Of a DNA stretch of 64,000 bases, positions 23,236 through 35,089 are shown in pieces. Below the pieces are notes generated by a model. The model was not told the DNA's origin and made no database searches. It saw only the letters and a program-made list of their open reading frames with translations. The translations under genes were made by a program, and so were the position numbers. Positions within the stretch are counted from its first letter, which is position 1. Every line of letters begins with the position of its first letter. Where the stretch lies: the NCBI GenBank assembly GCA_965649765.1, contig OZ287755.1, positions 27,466,001-27,530,000 of the forward strand, in the 5' to 3' direction. This DNA comes from Bispira polyomma (taxonomy: Eukaryota).

Positions 23236-23899
23236 TGAATCCAGCCTAATTGGATGGAGGGAATTCTTTTACTGAGAACCCCTACCACCTTAACAGCAGT
23301 GTTCATAGTCCATAGACAATCCCATTACACAACTACACCAGCAACCTTAGTAAATAAAGCTTAGAATACCTTGCTGAAAATGTATGTACTTGTCACAGCA
23401 ACATTAAACAATATAAGGTAAAATGCACAATACCTCACAAGATGTAAGGTATGAAGCTGTTCTAAAAATGTACAGTTAGAAGATGCTCAACATATCCACA
23501 TATGTACAGACTACCACCACAAAGAACTACCTTGACTCTAAAGAGGAAGTGTCATCTGAAAATAGGAGAATGATAAACTTCCACTGAGAAGTCAAATCAA
23601 ACGACTGTGTAGAACTATTGTAGGCTATTCATCCTACAATAGATGAAAGAATAATCTAAATATTCATACCAAGGAATACTTTTGTAACATAATCATAGAT
23701 GCAAGCAAAACGAAATGAGCATAAATGACATATAATAATGTTACAACTGTAATCATCCCAAACTAGATACAAAACATAACATATGAGCATGAGAATTACA
23801 TACTACTTATGTTACCACTGCAGTTATCTCAAACACAGAAGCAAACATATCATATGAACATAACAATGACATAATACAATATTAAAACGTGCTGTTCAA

Positions 23900-25560
23900 A
23901 CACAATTGGACCCAACTGAAGCATTTTACTATGATGCCAACTGAAGTCCTTGAGATAAAAGTTGATGAAAGTATTTGTGGAATTTCCAAAAGGAAGCATA
24001 GAAAAATCATCTAAGTAAATTCCCCTCTTAAAAGCCAAATAAGTAGTCATAGATCACATCATGAGCTTTCACTTGACCAAGCTGAAGTGTCTCACTGTCT
24101 GACTTATCATACACGAATTTGTTTCAGCCAAGAGGAAATTGTGACTCTAGGAAAAATCTTTGTTATGACCTTGCTTAATAGCCAACAACAAGGGTTTTGT
24201 CAATGCTTAAGATGCTTGGTTATATCTAGGTAGAACCTAAAAGCTCTCACAGGCAAAGTGACTTATCATCCAGAAAAGTCCTATGTAACTCCTATGTTTT
24301 CAAAACTGGAATGATCACTTGTTTCATAATATTTGAACCATCAGAAGCCAATTGGTTGTTTGGTTATAAACTGGTGATGGTGGAAAAGTAACCTCAGACC
24401 AATTTCCTTATAACTTAAGGAACTGTGTCCAAGAGGGAATCTCACTTCTTTTGCCAGAAGCCAAAGCCAAAAGAAAGACAGTCTTGTAAGTCAAAAACTT
24501 AAGAGATGCCTTTCCTGAGGGTTCAAAAGGAGCCTTTGTAAGTGAGAGGAGAACCAAAGACAAATCCCAATTTGGTATGGATCTATTTGCAACTGGCTTA
24601 TCCCTATAGAAACTAGAAATAAGTCTATTCAATTCCAAATTTTTAGATACAGTTTGCCCTCACTACCAAGACCATCTGCAATAGCAGTTCTATATCCTGC
24701 AATGGTAGATGGTTTCAAAGCTTTTCCCCCCCAAAGAAATTAGGAAATTAGCTACATCTGGGATAAGGAAAATTGAGATGTCCACCTTCCTCTGTTTACA
24801 ACATCGTAAAAATGGACCAACTTGACTCATAGATCTTTCTGGATGAAAGTCCCTGAGGTTCCTCAATTCTCTTAACCACTTCATCTAAAAATTTGTGTGG
24901 ATCTGCAAGTGTGACTCTAGATGCCAAACATGTAGATTCAGATATTCCAGATTGGTGTGGAATCTGTTGCAGAATGGCTGTTTCAACAGATTCCACCACA
25001 GTGGGAGCCTCTTTGGTGGTTTGGTGGACAACTGTATAAGGCCCCAAAAACCAAAGGCATCCCTGGCTAGCCTGGTGCAATGAAGACCACCCTGTTCCTA
25101 TGAGGCAAAACTCTTCCACCACCTAAGGTAAGAGAGCCACAGAACAATGACCTAGGCAAGAAAACCTCCCAAGAAAAGTTCAACTCTAATTCCAAGCTTG
25201 AAAGTCCAGGACAGACAAGACAGAAAGTGGCAGGTGAAATTATGATTTGTCGCAAATAGATCAACCACAGGTTGATATCAACCGTGACTAATTGAGTGAA
25301 AAAACCTGATGATTCAAAGACAGTTTTGTCTGAATCAACGTTTTTCTTTAAGATAGAGCATCTGCCAAAACCCCCACATAACTTGGAACATGGCGGCAGT
25401 TGTTTAGATGAATCTGGCATTTTCATGCCATAAAACGTCCAAACAAAAACACACATTTCCATGGAATGTGTTATCCCTTGTTCATAGGGGCAAGAATACT
25501 ACTATTAAGGCTTGAATCACTGCCTTTAATACCAAAATGTCTAAATGAAATTTTGTTTCC
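23900..25560 (-). pseudogene. DIRS1-type RNase H / methyltransferase-like / YR remnants
   Basis: WDLSLVLLSLTKAPFEP..LTYKTVFLLALASGKR and VKAHDV..LAFKRG..NTFINFYLKD (YR); VDLFATNHN (MT-like); ILVLKAVIQAL..THSMEMC (RNase H). Confidence 0.85.
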
Positions 25561-27896
25561 ATCTGATTGCACAGAGCACTTGCTGAATGATGGTCAAGAT
25601 GAAAACCCCCAGACCTTCTCTAAAAAAACTCCTTCTGAATTCCTCTTGGGTAGTGATAGTGACTTCATTTTGATGGCTCTAGAAGACCTGGAAAATTCCC
25701 TGTTAGACAGATAACTTCCTTCTTGAAGAATTATGTCTATATTCCTCATGTGGAGTAGCAAAATCTATATTCACAAGTGATTAAAATTGGATATAGGTAA
25801 CTTCTATACAGGAACAAGACATTCTGTATGAGAGATAAAATTCTCAAATCTGTTCTCAGACATTGAAGTTTGAACATACCTTTGCCCCAAGAAACATCGA
25901 TAGAAACCTGTAAGTAAATACCATCGTCATAAGTTTTAGAGAAAGCACTGTCTTCTTCTAAGCTGACTGACTTAAACTTAAGCCTACACTTCTATATAAA
26001 TATCAGCAATCTATGTGGTATAGCTCCAAAACACTGTAAAAGCTGGGCTGCCTTAAGTGAAGGAGTTATTCCTAAAGGCTGGAACTGCTTTAAAAATCCC
26101 ACAGCTTCCTTTAAATTTCAGCTGGTGGCAATACTGTGATTGAGATGTCACATCTAAGGTAATCTTTAAAAGGAATAACCTCTAAAAATCTGTTTCACTT
26201 CTTCAGATATTTTAGGTGGTACTGAAGCTCCCTATGTGACTTAAGAAGACTGCCAATGACAGCTTAATAAATCAAGTCAAGCAATAGAAAAACATTTCTT
26301 CAATGTCGACAATGTGTCAACATAAATAGGCACTGGCTAATCACCATCATCAGTAACCTCTAACGTAATAGTATGTATACGTCTTCACAGTCAGTAAACA
26401 TGTAAAACTTCTGTCTCGCCTTATGAATGATATTTAAGGGGGTACTGATACTCTGTTTACATCATCTTTAGCACTTGCCCGTGGACAAGCTAGAACGTGT
26501 ATAAAATAGAAGTGAGGAACAATCTTTGGTGCAGCGTTCTGCATTGTTAGCATTCACAGCAATATAAGGCCTCTTAAAGCAGTCGGATCTTCCGCTCACT
26601 TGTCCATCTGTTGAGTTTTAGACAGTACCTTGTTTCCAGGAACTATTCTGCTTTATCTATCTATCAACTCCTGTATATTTTTAATAGAGACCTCTGTGTC
26701 AATGACAAAATAAGGCCTATATGACAATAGTTGTTGAGTAGATTTGTAGATCTGACTTAAAATTACTGCTAAAGATTGTCGATTTTTTAAAATCAACTAG
26801 AGGCCTATCTATTCTGCACTCTCGATCCATCACTTCGTAGTCAGTAGTAAGGGTTGTGGACGAGACCTTGTAACCGTATCTTCAGTAGAAGCAACTTCAT
26901 AGGCCATGTGAGACTGACAAAACTGCTTAAAAACCAACTAAATAATGGTTTGTAGCAAATATTCTGTCAAAATTCACGGGACTGAATCAAGTTCGTTCCC
27001 ACGAGAAAATTTACTTAAGATTCGATCCCAAAAATGGAACATGCTCGTCAAAAATGAACCACTAACAAAAGGAATCTTTCAGCATTCATTGTAGAATTCA
27101 TTGTCTAGTAGATAAAACTCTTATTAGTTGAATAGATGGAGTAAAAATCCTTAAACTCTAAAAAATTTCAAAAGATGGACTTCACTGTTGATGGCTAACA
27201 AAAATAATGAAGTGAACAGGTGATCATGTGACCATTTTGGCGGGAGGGTGGACTAATGTTTTTACCCATTGGCTGGTTAAGGTAGTACTATACCTGAATT
27301 TTCGCATCTATGCATTGGCCAATGGGTTGGATGGCTCCAAAATATAGCTCAGTCTCTCCCCAGTTATGTGGACTTAGTTCAGTTCCCCTGTGTAGCAGGC
27401 CAAGGGATTATTAGAGAATTCTTAGCTTCTTAGTTTAGCCAAGCATAACTAATAATGAGCCCAGTTTGCGGTAATAATATTTATTAGTTACTATGTTAAA
27501 ACACTAACAGCTAATATTTACAGTAGAGTTTGAGGAGGGCATAAGGTCACCAAAGCCTAAGGCTTAAACTTTTTAGTTTAAGTTGAAAGTTAACTTTTAG
27601 TCCAAACTTAAACCCCAATTTAAGTAAATTTTCACTTTAAGTCCAAACTTAAGCATTAAGTTGAGGATTTGAGTTTTAGTTCAACTTAATGTGTTTTTGT
27701 ACGTTCAACTTGAATTTTTGGTTTTAAGTTGAACGTACATTTTAAGTACAATGTGTACTGGTTACTAAAGGTGACCTTATGCCCTGGGACAGTAATGACT
27801 TTTGTTACTGTCTAGTTGACTGTTATGAACATATTTATCTTGTTTTGTTCCAGATTTGTAAACATAAAATGTGTCATACCACCAAACCCCAATAAC

Positions 27897-28882
27897 CTAG
27901 GAGTTGTGTAGGATGGAAGCCCTAAAAGAATCCGCAACCTGGGAACCAGCAAACGCCGAATCAGTAATATATCTCCAGACACAATCCGACGTCCAGGTGC
28001 CCTGTCTCTGGATATCTTGAATTCTAACATTGTTATTAAATGCAAACGTGGCACCTGAACATCTGAACACATAAAAAGTGAGACCTGTCTGCTCACAACC
28101 TAACATTTTTAGAACATTTTTTAGATGTCTACGTACTTTGGAATCCGTAAGCGGAACCCAATTTCGCCCACATTTGAACTGAAAGAGGGGAAGATTATCC
28201 CCTACAGGAGTGACAGCCAAAACATTTTTAATCGCTGTAACTGGACAGATGCTGGAACCAGGAAGGGCTGGGATGGTTATGAGCTTGACAACATCTCTAG
28301 TTTGAAGGGTTTTAGACCACTTCACCAATGTAACAGCATAGCCTGGTTTAAACGTAATGTCAGCTCGTGCTAGCTGTTTCAAAGGGTCAAAATCCCTGAC
28401 AGAATGTGGGCACAGATTTGACAAACGCAGGAAACTGAAAAAACTAATCAGATACACAGCTTTGAATACTAGTCCCATATATGTTACATGACATTTCTGG
28501 ATTAATTTTTCCAGCAGTGTGATATCAAACAGTGCCTTCAATTTTGCTTGCAGAGGTTTACTGACCGCCAGAGCCTTGTTGAAATACTTAATTCTGGTAT
28601 CAGAAAAAGCTTCTACTTGTACATGAAACAATACACATTTAGCCTTTATAGCAGAAAGGTAATTGGCAATTTGTGAAGCTGAAACTTTATTACTGTACAA
28701 GAACTCTAAAAAAGAGAGCAACTGCAATACATTCACCTTTTCCGGGCTCCAATCCATGAAAACCCCAAAAGCTATGAAGGTCCTGAACATTCTATCATAC
28801 GCTCTAGAGGTAGACAGAGAGAAGGCTCTGTGAGCTCTTTCACAAGCCTGTCTAACCAACATAAGCTCTCCTGGGTGAATGC
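27897..28882 (-). CDS. Tyrosine recombinase of copy 2 (HxxR histidine mutated)
   Basis: IANYLSAIK, FFSFLRLSNL, WSKT, ICPV, FYVFRCSGAT (HxxR with H>Y), GTWTSDCVWRY; preceded by ttgcAG acceptor. Confidence 0.9.
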
Positions 28883-28909
28883 CTGCAATATACACTATAC
28901 CATAATGAA

Positions 28910-31455
28910 TTATATGTTCTCATTAACCCTGAGCAATGCATGATGCACGGGCAGCCATTGCACAGGGCCTAGCAAGTCATGCAATGCTTTGTGATCTCTG
29001 TTGGTATCAGTCCATTTGGACAGCAAATCTGCTACTTTGTTTTTTACCCCCAAAATGTGAATGACTTTAATGTCGATGTCAAGTTTACTGACCAGCATAT
29101 AAATATTGCGCGTGTATGTGGCTAACGTAGGATCCCTTGTCGATCCGCTTTGCAAAACAGTCACAACTGCCTGGTTATCACACTTGATTAAGACACGTCT
29201 ATTTTGCCAAAGCCGGCCCCATAATTTAATTGCCACCAGTATGTTCAACATTTCTAGGTACGCTATGTTTAGTTCAGTCATATGAGTCGGGAGTTTCAAT
29301 TGGTAGACTTGATTTTGATAAACCCCCCCCCCCCATGCCTGTCAAACAGGCGTCAAGCTCTACTTGAGCTGTAACTGGAATATGAGAGAAAAAGGAAACT
29401 CCATTAAATTGTTGTATAAACACCGAGAACCAATTTAAATCTCTCCTGAATTCCTGAGTTATGTTTATACATTTACTGGTGTGATTGTCTCTCAACAATT
29501 GAAGCATACGATTTAAAAACGCCCTTGCATACTTTACACATTTTGACACGTAAAGTAACAGGCCTAGCAGGGATTGAAGTTCCCGTTTAGTACAAACATT
29601 TTTTGTTTCCCATGCTTCGCAGACGCTCTTAATTGCTTGCAATTTCTCAGGTGGAATCGAGGTAGTGAGGTGAACTGTGTCTATAGTGATACCCAAGCAG
29701 ATTACGGACGTACCAGGATGTACTAATTTTTTTTCACTGACAATTAAACCGAGCTCTGTCAAGAGTTCCTGTAATCTCATATACGTTTTCTGTATTTTGC
29801 TGGGCAGCGAGACACATAAAAAATCGTCGATATAATTGTGGACGTTATGATTTTCTGTTTTCATAATGTACCTCACGGCATCCGAAATTCTTTGAAAAAT
29901 AGTGCTGCCATTCTGATAACCGAACGGCAACGATTTATCTATGTAATATTTTTTCCAATTTAAACCTAATAGGTCTAGGTCACCCGGATCTATGGGCACG
30001 TGACGAAAGGCCCTACTATCGTCCACTTTAAAGATATGACAGCCTTTACCCATCTTAATGACCTCTTGCGTTAGACTGTCGACTGAAGGATATGACAGTA
30101 AAAACTCGGTGCCTAAGTAAGACGTGGGGGAGACCCCTGCATTTACCGAATATCCTTGCGGCCAACTAAGGTCCACAATAACTCTTCTGTTCTCTGAATT
30201 GGCTTTATCTCTCGTCATTAGGGGGGAACAATGTAAGTTTTCGATGGGTGGGTCATCAAAAGGACCTAACATGGCCCCCAGTGAACATTCTTCCGCCATA
30301 TAAAAATCTACATGAGCCGGGAATTCAGTCGCCGATTTATGATTATTCCCCTCATTGTGAGTTTTATTTTCTCGACAAAAATCTAATGGAAAGCCATGCT
30401 TGATCAATAAAGGCAACTGTTTATCCCAATAGTTAAGCAAATACTTATCCCATGCCTGAGTATTTAGCTGCGATTCAACCGGGAGCTTAAGGCCATTAAA
30501 ATTGAACCTGCCATCCGCCCTGACACGCTTGTGTATTTCTAACACGTGTAGTCGTTCCGTTTTTGTGCTTTCTGTGTTATTACTGGTCATGAAATCCGAG
30601 AGAGGTGTGAACCCATAAGCCACATCATTTTGTGCCTGCCACCTTTTGTAATTGTCATTATTCTTTGCCAAGTCTAACAAGAGACGTTTGTTTTTTCTCT
30701 GTTTGAGGCCCCATGTATATTTATCTGAAGGTAAAATGCACTCACTAGTACTGTCCTCCTTATTAAGGTTGTTTGTAGTAGCCAAGCCTGTGTAAAATCT
30801 GGTATCATTATTCTGAACCAGGCCTTGGCCCCCTTTGTTGGCTTGACGCCCTTTACCACACTTGCTATGATCTGTCTGTGCGTTAACCCTCACTGTGGTA
30901 ACATTAACAGGCCCAGTGTGAATGGCACTCCTGCCCCTCTCACTATCCCTGACAGACGCTTTGTGTCTTTTGTTCTCTATTGTGGCAATTTCTGGCCTGG
31001 TAGTTTCAGATTGATTACTCCCCCCTTTCCCCAGAGTGTCAATGTGAGCGAGAATGGCATACCTATTGTGAAGTGGAAGGGCACCCCGGGTTGAATTGTG
31101 TTCACACCTCCTCCCAGATCTCCTGTCCACCCCTTTTGTCTCTTTGTCACTAGACCTCACACTAGGATTGATTGTTTTCACGCCTACCTGCGGTACACCG
31201 CTGGGGAAATGGACTCTTTTGTAACCCTCTGTGTATTTGACTTTCAATAGATTTAGTATTGTTAATACTTCTTTTTACTACGTCGCTATACTTGACAGAG
31301 ATACTCCTGCCTTTCTGATATCTGATCATTTTCTGTACAACCGACTTTTGCAATAAAGCTACATCCCTAAACTGGGTATTATATACAACTCTAGTAAAGA
31401 CTCTGTTATTGACATTTGCATCCACTGCACTTAGGCAGTGGCCCCTTAGTTTTTT
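28910..31455 (-). pseudogene. pol (RT + RNase H) of copy 2
   Basis: RRVIVDLSWP, KVDDSRAFRHV, LPFG, NYIDD, CLGITID, LDACLTG, LEMLNILVA, CDNQAVV, NKVADLLS; frameshifts near 31200 and at a 12-G run (~29330). Confidence 0.92.
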
Positions 31456-32486
31456 AATGCCTTTTTGGGGCACATGCTGCTCCTGTGACTATTGTCACAG
31501 GTTTCGCATGTATGTTTGTAGAACTGCATACCTGTTTTATGACTAGTCGAATGTTTGCATGTGCCATCCTGAAAATAGCGACACGTGACCGCCCCTTGTT
31601 TGAAGTTATTTTTCTTGTGACTACTTCCCAACGTACGAATGCCTGCCCCCGTACCGGTTTGACCTGCATGCAAATGTCTCTGAGCATGGGCTCTACGAAT
31701 TCTGTCAACCTTTTCAATGTCTGACCATTTTAATTTGTCCATCTCCATATTCGTAAGGACGACTGCATGGCAAGCTTTAGCGGCCTCCCAGGAAAAATCC
31801 TGGGCATCCTCCATCAAGCCAGTCATGTAGTCGAGCATAGCGTTTTTATTTTCTTGCAACTTCTCTTCTTGAATGATTCGCGTAAAGCCACAGACCCATT
31901 GCACTACAGTTAGATCATCATAGCTGGGCCGTGCTTTGGTGCTACCCGATAGAACATGATTGTGGGGCCACTCTACAGTTCGTTTCACCAAAACTTCCAA
32001 CCCCCCTCCCCTCTGGGATTTGATCTTACCTTGGGAAGGGCTCTCGTTAATTTGCCTTAGCTCTTTAAGCCTTTGCTCAACCTGGGTTTGAATTTGTACA
32101 TTCTGTCTCAGAAATTCAATACTGGGAACAATCCTGGTGTCAGGTACGCCAGCGCTCTGACGGCTATCGCCCAAGTCTACAGAACTAATTTGCGAGACTG
32201 AATTTTTACTTGCCTGATTGTTAGAATTTTCCACCAGCGCTGCCTCTGTGAGCTGAACCCGTCGATCCATGCTCTGCACTGCCTGACTAATCGACTGCAG
32301 CTGTTTCAATATAACAGTCGACATATCTCTCTCACCAGAGACCGACACTGAATCCGACGGGTCCACCTCAGCTGAGTCAGCAACTGTATTCCCCAAAGAT
32401 ATGTCCAAAACATTACAATGTCGACCAACCGGCCTTGGGTGTTTCCCCAAACATTTGGAGCAGTATACACTCGAACGACGTGGCAT
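31446..32486 (-). CDS. gag-like protein of copy 2 (346 aa)
   Basis: Open frame; N-terminal CxxCxxxHxxPxGxxC; WPH..YDDLTVVQW; C-terminal C-x6-C-x5-H and CxxCxxxHxxxxC fingers. Confidence 0.9.
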   Translation of the reverse strand: MPRRSSVYCSKCLGKHPRPVGRHCNVLDISLGNTVADSAEVDPSDSVSVSGERDMSTVILKQLQSISQAVQSMDRRVQLTEAALVENSNNQASKNSVSQISSVDLGDSRQSAGVPDTRIVPSIEFLRQNVQIQTQVEQRLKELRQINESPSQGKIKSQRGGGLEVLVKRTVEWPHNHVLSGSTKARPSYDDLTVVQWVCGFTRIIQEEKLQENKNAMLDYMTGLMEDAQDFSWEAAKACHAVVLTNMEMDKLKWSDIEKVDRIRRAHAQRHLHAGQTGTGAGIRTLGSSHKKNNFKQGAVTCRYFQDGTCKHSTSHKTGMQFYKHTCETCDNSHRSSMCPKKALKN

Positions 32487-35089
32487 CACTGTGAATTATA
32501 AAAGCAACAACTAAAATACTAAAATACAATCAAAAACGAGCATAAATTCAAATGTGATGCCACGCTACTTTTCTAAACAATGCTCCCTGTTCTGTAAACT
32601 TCGGAAATGGCGGGAGAATTTTAGAGGAGCCGGCTTTTATACTACCGCACATAGCCTGCAAATTAGTCAGCCTGGTACCCGAGAACTGACCTTGCTGCCG
32701 CCCGGGTCGTCATCTCATAAAGTTGGATAGAAAGGCAAGATGCAGACACAGTAAGAACAACATGTTAACTCGTTTGGATTTTATTAAAACACACACACAC
32801 ACAATTCATTAACACTATTATGTAATCCCCAGTATGAGGTTACCTTAAGATCTAGCCAACCTGTTTGAGGTCACCTTAACTTTGCCTATTATTTAAGGTT
32901 ACCCTTAAGTAATGCGAATTTTTGCCTTCTGTTTTATGGTTTCCTTAAATTGCACTTAAGGTGCCCTTAAGTTGTTGAGTTTGAGGTGTCCTCAAACTGA
33001 TGATTACTTACACAACATTCTTCGTGACTATCAACTAAAACTATGTACCTTAAGTATGAATTGTAATATGTATATAATGTAAATTACCTACGTATACATT
33101 ACTTATAGTGATATGAAGTATCAAGTGCCGCGAAACCACTGGAGGCCAGTTTGGAACCCGGGTCCTACGGCACCTATTCGCCTAGCAGTAAAGGTTCCCG
33201 GCTGCAGAGCTTTGGTCCCTGGTAGCCCACACCAGGGTGTAGATACAAGCCGAGAACCAGTACCACACGGATCCGGGTTCAAAATCTGCCCGCAGCAGCA
33301 CGCAAGGCACACAGCACTGCAATCAGACATGTAAAACTAAAACAAGTAGACTAAAAACAGCTATGATAAGGAAAATACAATAAACCAACCTTGCAAAGGC
33401 TGAGCCTTGAAAAAGGCTGATTTGCTCTGAAGAGCATTAAGACCTGTACATTATGCATGCGCACATGGCATAATTAGTAACCATGACGGAGAAAAAGGAT
33501 GTGAACGTGCTTGCATGTTGCCATTCTATAGAAATTACTATCTGAGGGTGAGGAGGGTGGGAGTTTTTGATCCACACCTTCCAAGCATTTATTCCAGAAT
33601 GATGTATGTAATGCTTGGGCCCCCAAACCTGGGGTTTTTGGCGGGAAATAAAGTTTTGTGGGTAAACTTGCTAATGAGCATCAATGTGACAGAAAGAGAG
33701 ATTGTCACCTGACGCTAGCCTTTATAAGGCGCGCGTTCAACTTAATATCAGGAAATGGTAGTAGTATTTCGCTATAAAAGCTCATTTATGAAACTAATTT
33801 TGACAATAATTGAAAAACACCTACTGAGGCAATCAGCCTGATCATTTTAGTATCACTGCAATATATGACTATTGCAACTGAATGACCTGGCTTGTAGCAA
33901 GAAACCAAAATAATCTGTCAAAGAGCAATTAATGAGGATCTCTAGTTCACCCTTTTCTGAAAATGTGTACAACAGCCTCATCGTCACAATGTACCTTTAC
34001 TAACTTTTTCTGCCAATATTTGCCCCACCCTTGCAACATGACATGTTTATCATCTCATAGTGTACTATAGGTTACATATGTGCAAAACTAGCATATACGT
34101 GGCTGCATCCATGTGGAGGGTAGGTCATTATCAAATATTATGAAATGAACAGTCAACAAAAATAACCGAATTTTATGCATAAGGTCATCTGCTATTTACA
34201 TAATGTTCTCATTCAAGTTCAAATTGTACTTAATCTGAAAATGCAGACAAGATAAAGGAAGCTAAGGTGGCCTTTACACCTTATGCTTAGGTGGCATTTC
34301 ACCAAAAGAATAAGTAAATTCTTAAAAACCCAGGATAAGGTGACCTTATCCCCTTACTGAAAATCAACTCTATATATAAACATAAAAGTATACATTAGAA
34401 AATAATTTTTTAACGGTTTAATTTACCGCAATCTTGTTAATAACTTTAAATACTTGCTGCTCCCCCCAAAAAAAAATCCTTCTTGTTCCAACATATAAAT
34501 GCAAAGTTTTGCAAATGATGCTCCTACCCTATGGAATAGTTTACCCCCTTTTCCGTCAACAAGGCATCAGCATATACTAAGAAATCTGGGTCACTGTCGA
34601 TGAATCATAACACCCATATTCAACACACAAAGGGAAGCTAAAATGAAAACGCCTGCACTTTTATAGTATGGAACCCTGTTTGTCGTACAATATTATAAGC
34701 TTGAACAACCCACTGCTTAAGGGGAACATATTCCAACACAGATGACTTGTTCTTCCACACATACAAGAAAATTTCCTGTCCCAAACCCCTGTACCATACT
34801 ACATGATGCACCTAGAAGCCGATAATAAAGCCTATTCAACAGCGAGAAAAACTGTATGAATCTTGATTAGGAATTAAGTCCAAGTATACATTGGGGATTG
34901 CTATTATGTAAGGGAACACTGGACTGAACTGATTAAGGTCATGTGACAATGGAATACAAACAATATACAGAGAGCACGTAATGGTGGGTAGAAAGTTTAT
35001 CACTGGTTATGCGACACATTAATTCCTTCCAGGGCACTGTGGAAAACCAGAATGGCCAACAAATAATAAGGCTTCTTATAAAAGATTTG

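Larger units (their letters stand above)
27350..33744 (-). mobile_element. Ngaro-like YR retrotransposon copy 2 (near-intact), inserted in the DIRS 5' ITR
   Basis: Intact gag and YR frames, pol with two frameshifts; removing the interval restores the host ITR ccaaaatatagct|atatcagg exactly. Confidence 0.9.
22863..33779 (-). mobile_element. Degraded DIRS1-type YR retrotransposon with ITRs and ICR, interrupted by a 6.4-kb insertion
   Basis: ITR 22900-23062 is inverted relative to 27200-27349 plus 33745-33779; ICR at 23108-23235; YR, methyltransferase-like and RNase H remnants on the minus strand. Confidence 0.85.

Noticed and set aside
33403-33418. Histone-like hairpin AGCCTTTTTCAAGGCT in the Ngaro-like leader
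   Set aside because: The base pair at the bottom of the stem is A-T rather than G-C, the 3' flank is not ACC(C)A, and it lies in a 5' leader; much weaker than 20310-20361.
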